Assembly (NCBI GenBank): GCA_037143575.1
Contig: JBAWYM010000001.1
Span: forward strand, 8,327-72,326
Reading direction: 5' to 3'
Length of the DNA: 64,000 bases
Source of the DNA: Candidatus Peregrinibacteria bacterium
GTDB taxonomy: Bacteria; Patescibacteriota; Gracilibacteria; Peribacterales; Peribacteraceae
Positions within the stretch are counted from its first letter, which is position 1; each line of letters begins with the position of its first letter. The translations under genes and the position numbers were made by a program. Positions 62,835-64,000 of the stretch are shown piece after piece. Under the pieces are notes generated by a model. It saw only the letters and a program-made list of their open reading frames with translations. It did not search any database and was not told the origin of the DNA.

Positions 62835-63926
62835 ATGCGCGTCCTCGTCGCCATGTCCGGGGGTATCGATTCCAGTGTGGTGGCCTGCCTGCTAAAAGAG
62901 CAGGGGCATGAAGTAATCGGAACCCACTTCCACCTCTGGCAGGATCCGAAGGCACCGGCACTCGCTACCCTTCTGCCGAGCAAGTGCTGTACGGCGCAAT
63001 CCTTTGCCCGTGTCCGGAAAGTAGCGAAGAACTTGAATATCCCACTCCACATCCTGGATCTGCAGAAAGAATTCAAGAAAGAGGTGGTAGATCCGTTCAT
63101 CGCTGCGTACAAGAAGGGACTGACTCCGAACCCCTGTATACTCTGCAATCGCCACTTCAAATTCGATCGATTGCTCACGCTTGCTGACAAGCTCTATTGT
63201 ACGCATGTCGCGACCGGTCACTATGCCAGAATCCTTACGAGAAGGAGGGGTAATATTTCATATTCAGCCCTACTGGAAGCCTCGGACAAGAAGAAAGACC
63301 AGAGCTACTTTCTGTATCGACTCACCCAGAAAGAACTAAAGCGCACGCTGCTCCCTCTGGGGAACATCACGAAGAAGAAGGTCTTCTCGTTAGCAGAAAA
63401 GTTCCAGATTCCTTTGAATCGAAGCAGCTATCGCGAAAGTCAGGATCTCTGCTTCTTCCCGGAGAAATCCCCTGATGCCTTCCTGCATCGCTATCTGAAG
63501 GGCGTCAAAGCAGGAGTCATCCTTTCGAAAGATGGAGTGACACTTGGAATGCATGAAGGACTGCCTTTCTACACCATCGGGCAGCGCCGTGGGCTCCATG
63601 TAGGGGGCCAAATGATCCCACTGTATGTCCTCAAGAAAGAACACAAAAGTAATGCATTAATTATCGCTCCATTAAGGGATCTCCGTGATAACAAAGTTTT
63701 AATCCGATCATGCACATTCACTCGAGGAAAGCTCGTGCATTCTTCCCGTTTTTCGCTTTCTGCCCGTATCCGATCGCAAGGGAAGAAGATGAAGGGAATG
63801 CTGCGAAAGCGCTCACGGGATTTTCTCTTCACTACAACGAAACCCATGATGAGTATTACCCCTGGTCAATCCCTAGTCCTCTATCAAGGGAATGAGGTAT
63901 TGGGAGGAGGAATAATTGAAACATGA
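62835..63926 (+). CDS. mnmA: tRNA 2-thiouridine(34) synthase
   Basis: VAMSGGIDSS PP-loop, a TPNPCILCN region and typical MnmA length. Confidence 0.9.
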   Translation: MRVLVAMSGGIDSSVVACLLKEQGHEVIGTHFHLWQDPKAPALATLLPSKCCTAQSFARVRKVAKNLNIPLHILDLQKEFKKEVVDPFIAAYKKGLTPNPCILCNRHFKFDRLLTLADKLYCTHVATGHYARILTRRRGNISYSALLEASDKKKDQSYFLYRLTQKELKRTLLPLGNITKKKVFSLAEKFQIPLNRSSYRESQDLCFFPEKSPDAFLHRYLKGVKAGVILSKDGVTLGMHEGLPFYTIGQRRGLHVGGQMIPLYVLKKEHKSNALIIAPLRDLRDNKVLIRSCTFTRGKLVHSSRFSLSARIRSQGKKMKGMLRKRSRDFLFTTTKPMMSITPGQSLVLYQGNEVLGGGIIET

Positions 63927-64000
63927 ATACCTTCCCGAAGTACTGATACAAGGCTAACATACGGTACCTTTCCCCTGTTCTGCTTCATCGTTTTCTGCTA

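Overview
This 64-kb window is compact bacterial chromosome in the standard genetic code, with no rRNA, CRISPR array, transposase or integrase visible. The repeat-rich, Shine-Dalgarno-poor style suggests an uncultivated lineage, but that is inference only.

Housekeeping content I can support:
- A complete tryptophan operon on the minus strand: trpE, trpG-D fusion, trpC, trpF, trpB, trpA.
- groES-groEL with a CIRCE operator.
- Purine genes: purQ fused to a PurS-like tail, purF and purD.
- pyrH-frr, rsmH plus an ftsL-like gene, pyk, recG, efp, tmk, rlmN, folD, prfA and mnmA.
- Three tRNAs: Arg-TCT, Pro-CGG and Leu-CAG.

Observations worth a second look:
1. Four SET-domain methyltransferase genes are packed around efp. 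The EF-P encoded here has an atypical tip loop.
2. Next to that cluster is an orphan cassette of two ATP-grasp enzymes, one PLP decarboxylase and a CelD-like GNAT.
3. There are three leader-peptide/terminator modules. One has a Trp-Trp leader upstream of trpE. One has a Thr/Ile-rich leader upstream of an unknown gene. One is a tandem pair of Met-run mini-ORFs upstream of another unknown gene.
4. Several families of short palindromic or heptamer-array repeats occur throughout. Some are inserted in frame into rlmN and purQ, and some are fused to tRNA 3' ends next to tRNA fragments.
5. A promoter-to-terminator unit of about 280 nt lacks a credible ORF and carries an SRP-RNA helix-8-like motif.
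6. Start codons are preceded by C/T-rich tracts rather than Shine-Dalgarno sequences. Three starts sit exactly 6 nt after a -10 hexamer, which suggests leaderless mRNAs.

All functional calls come from motifs I recognised in the translated ORFs. No database search was run.
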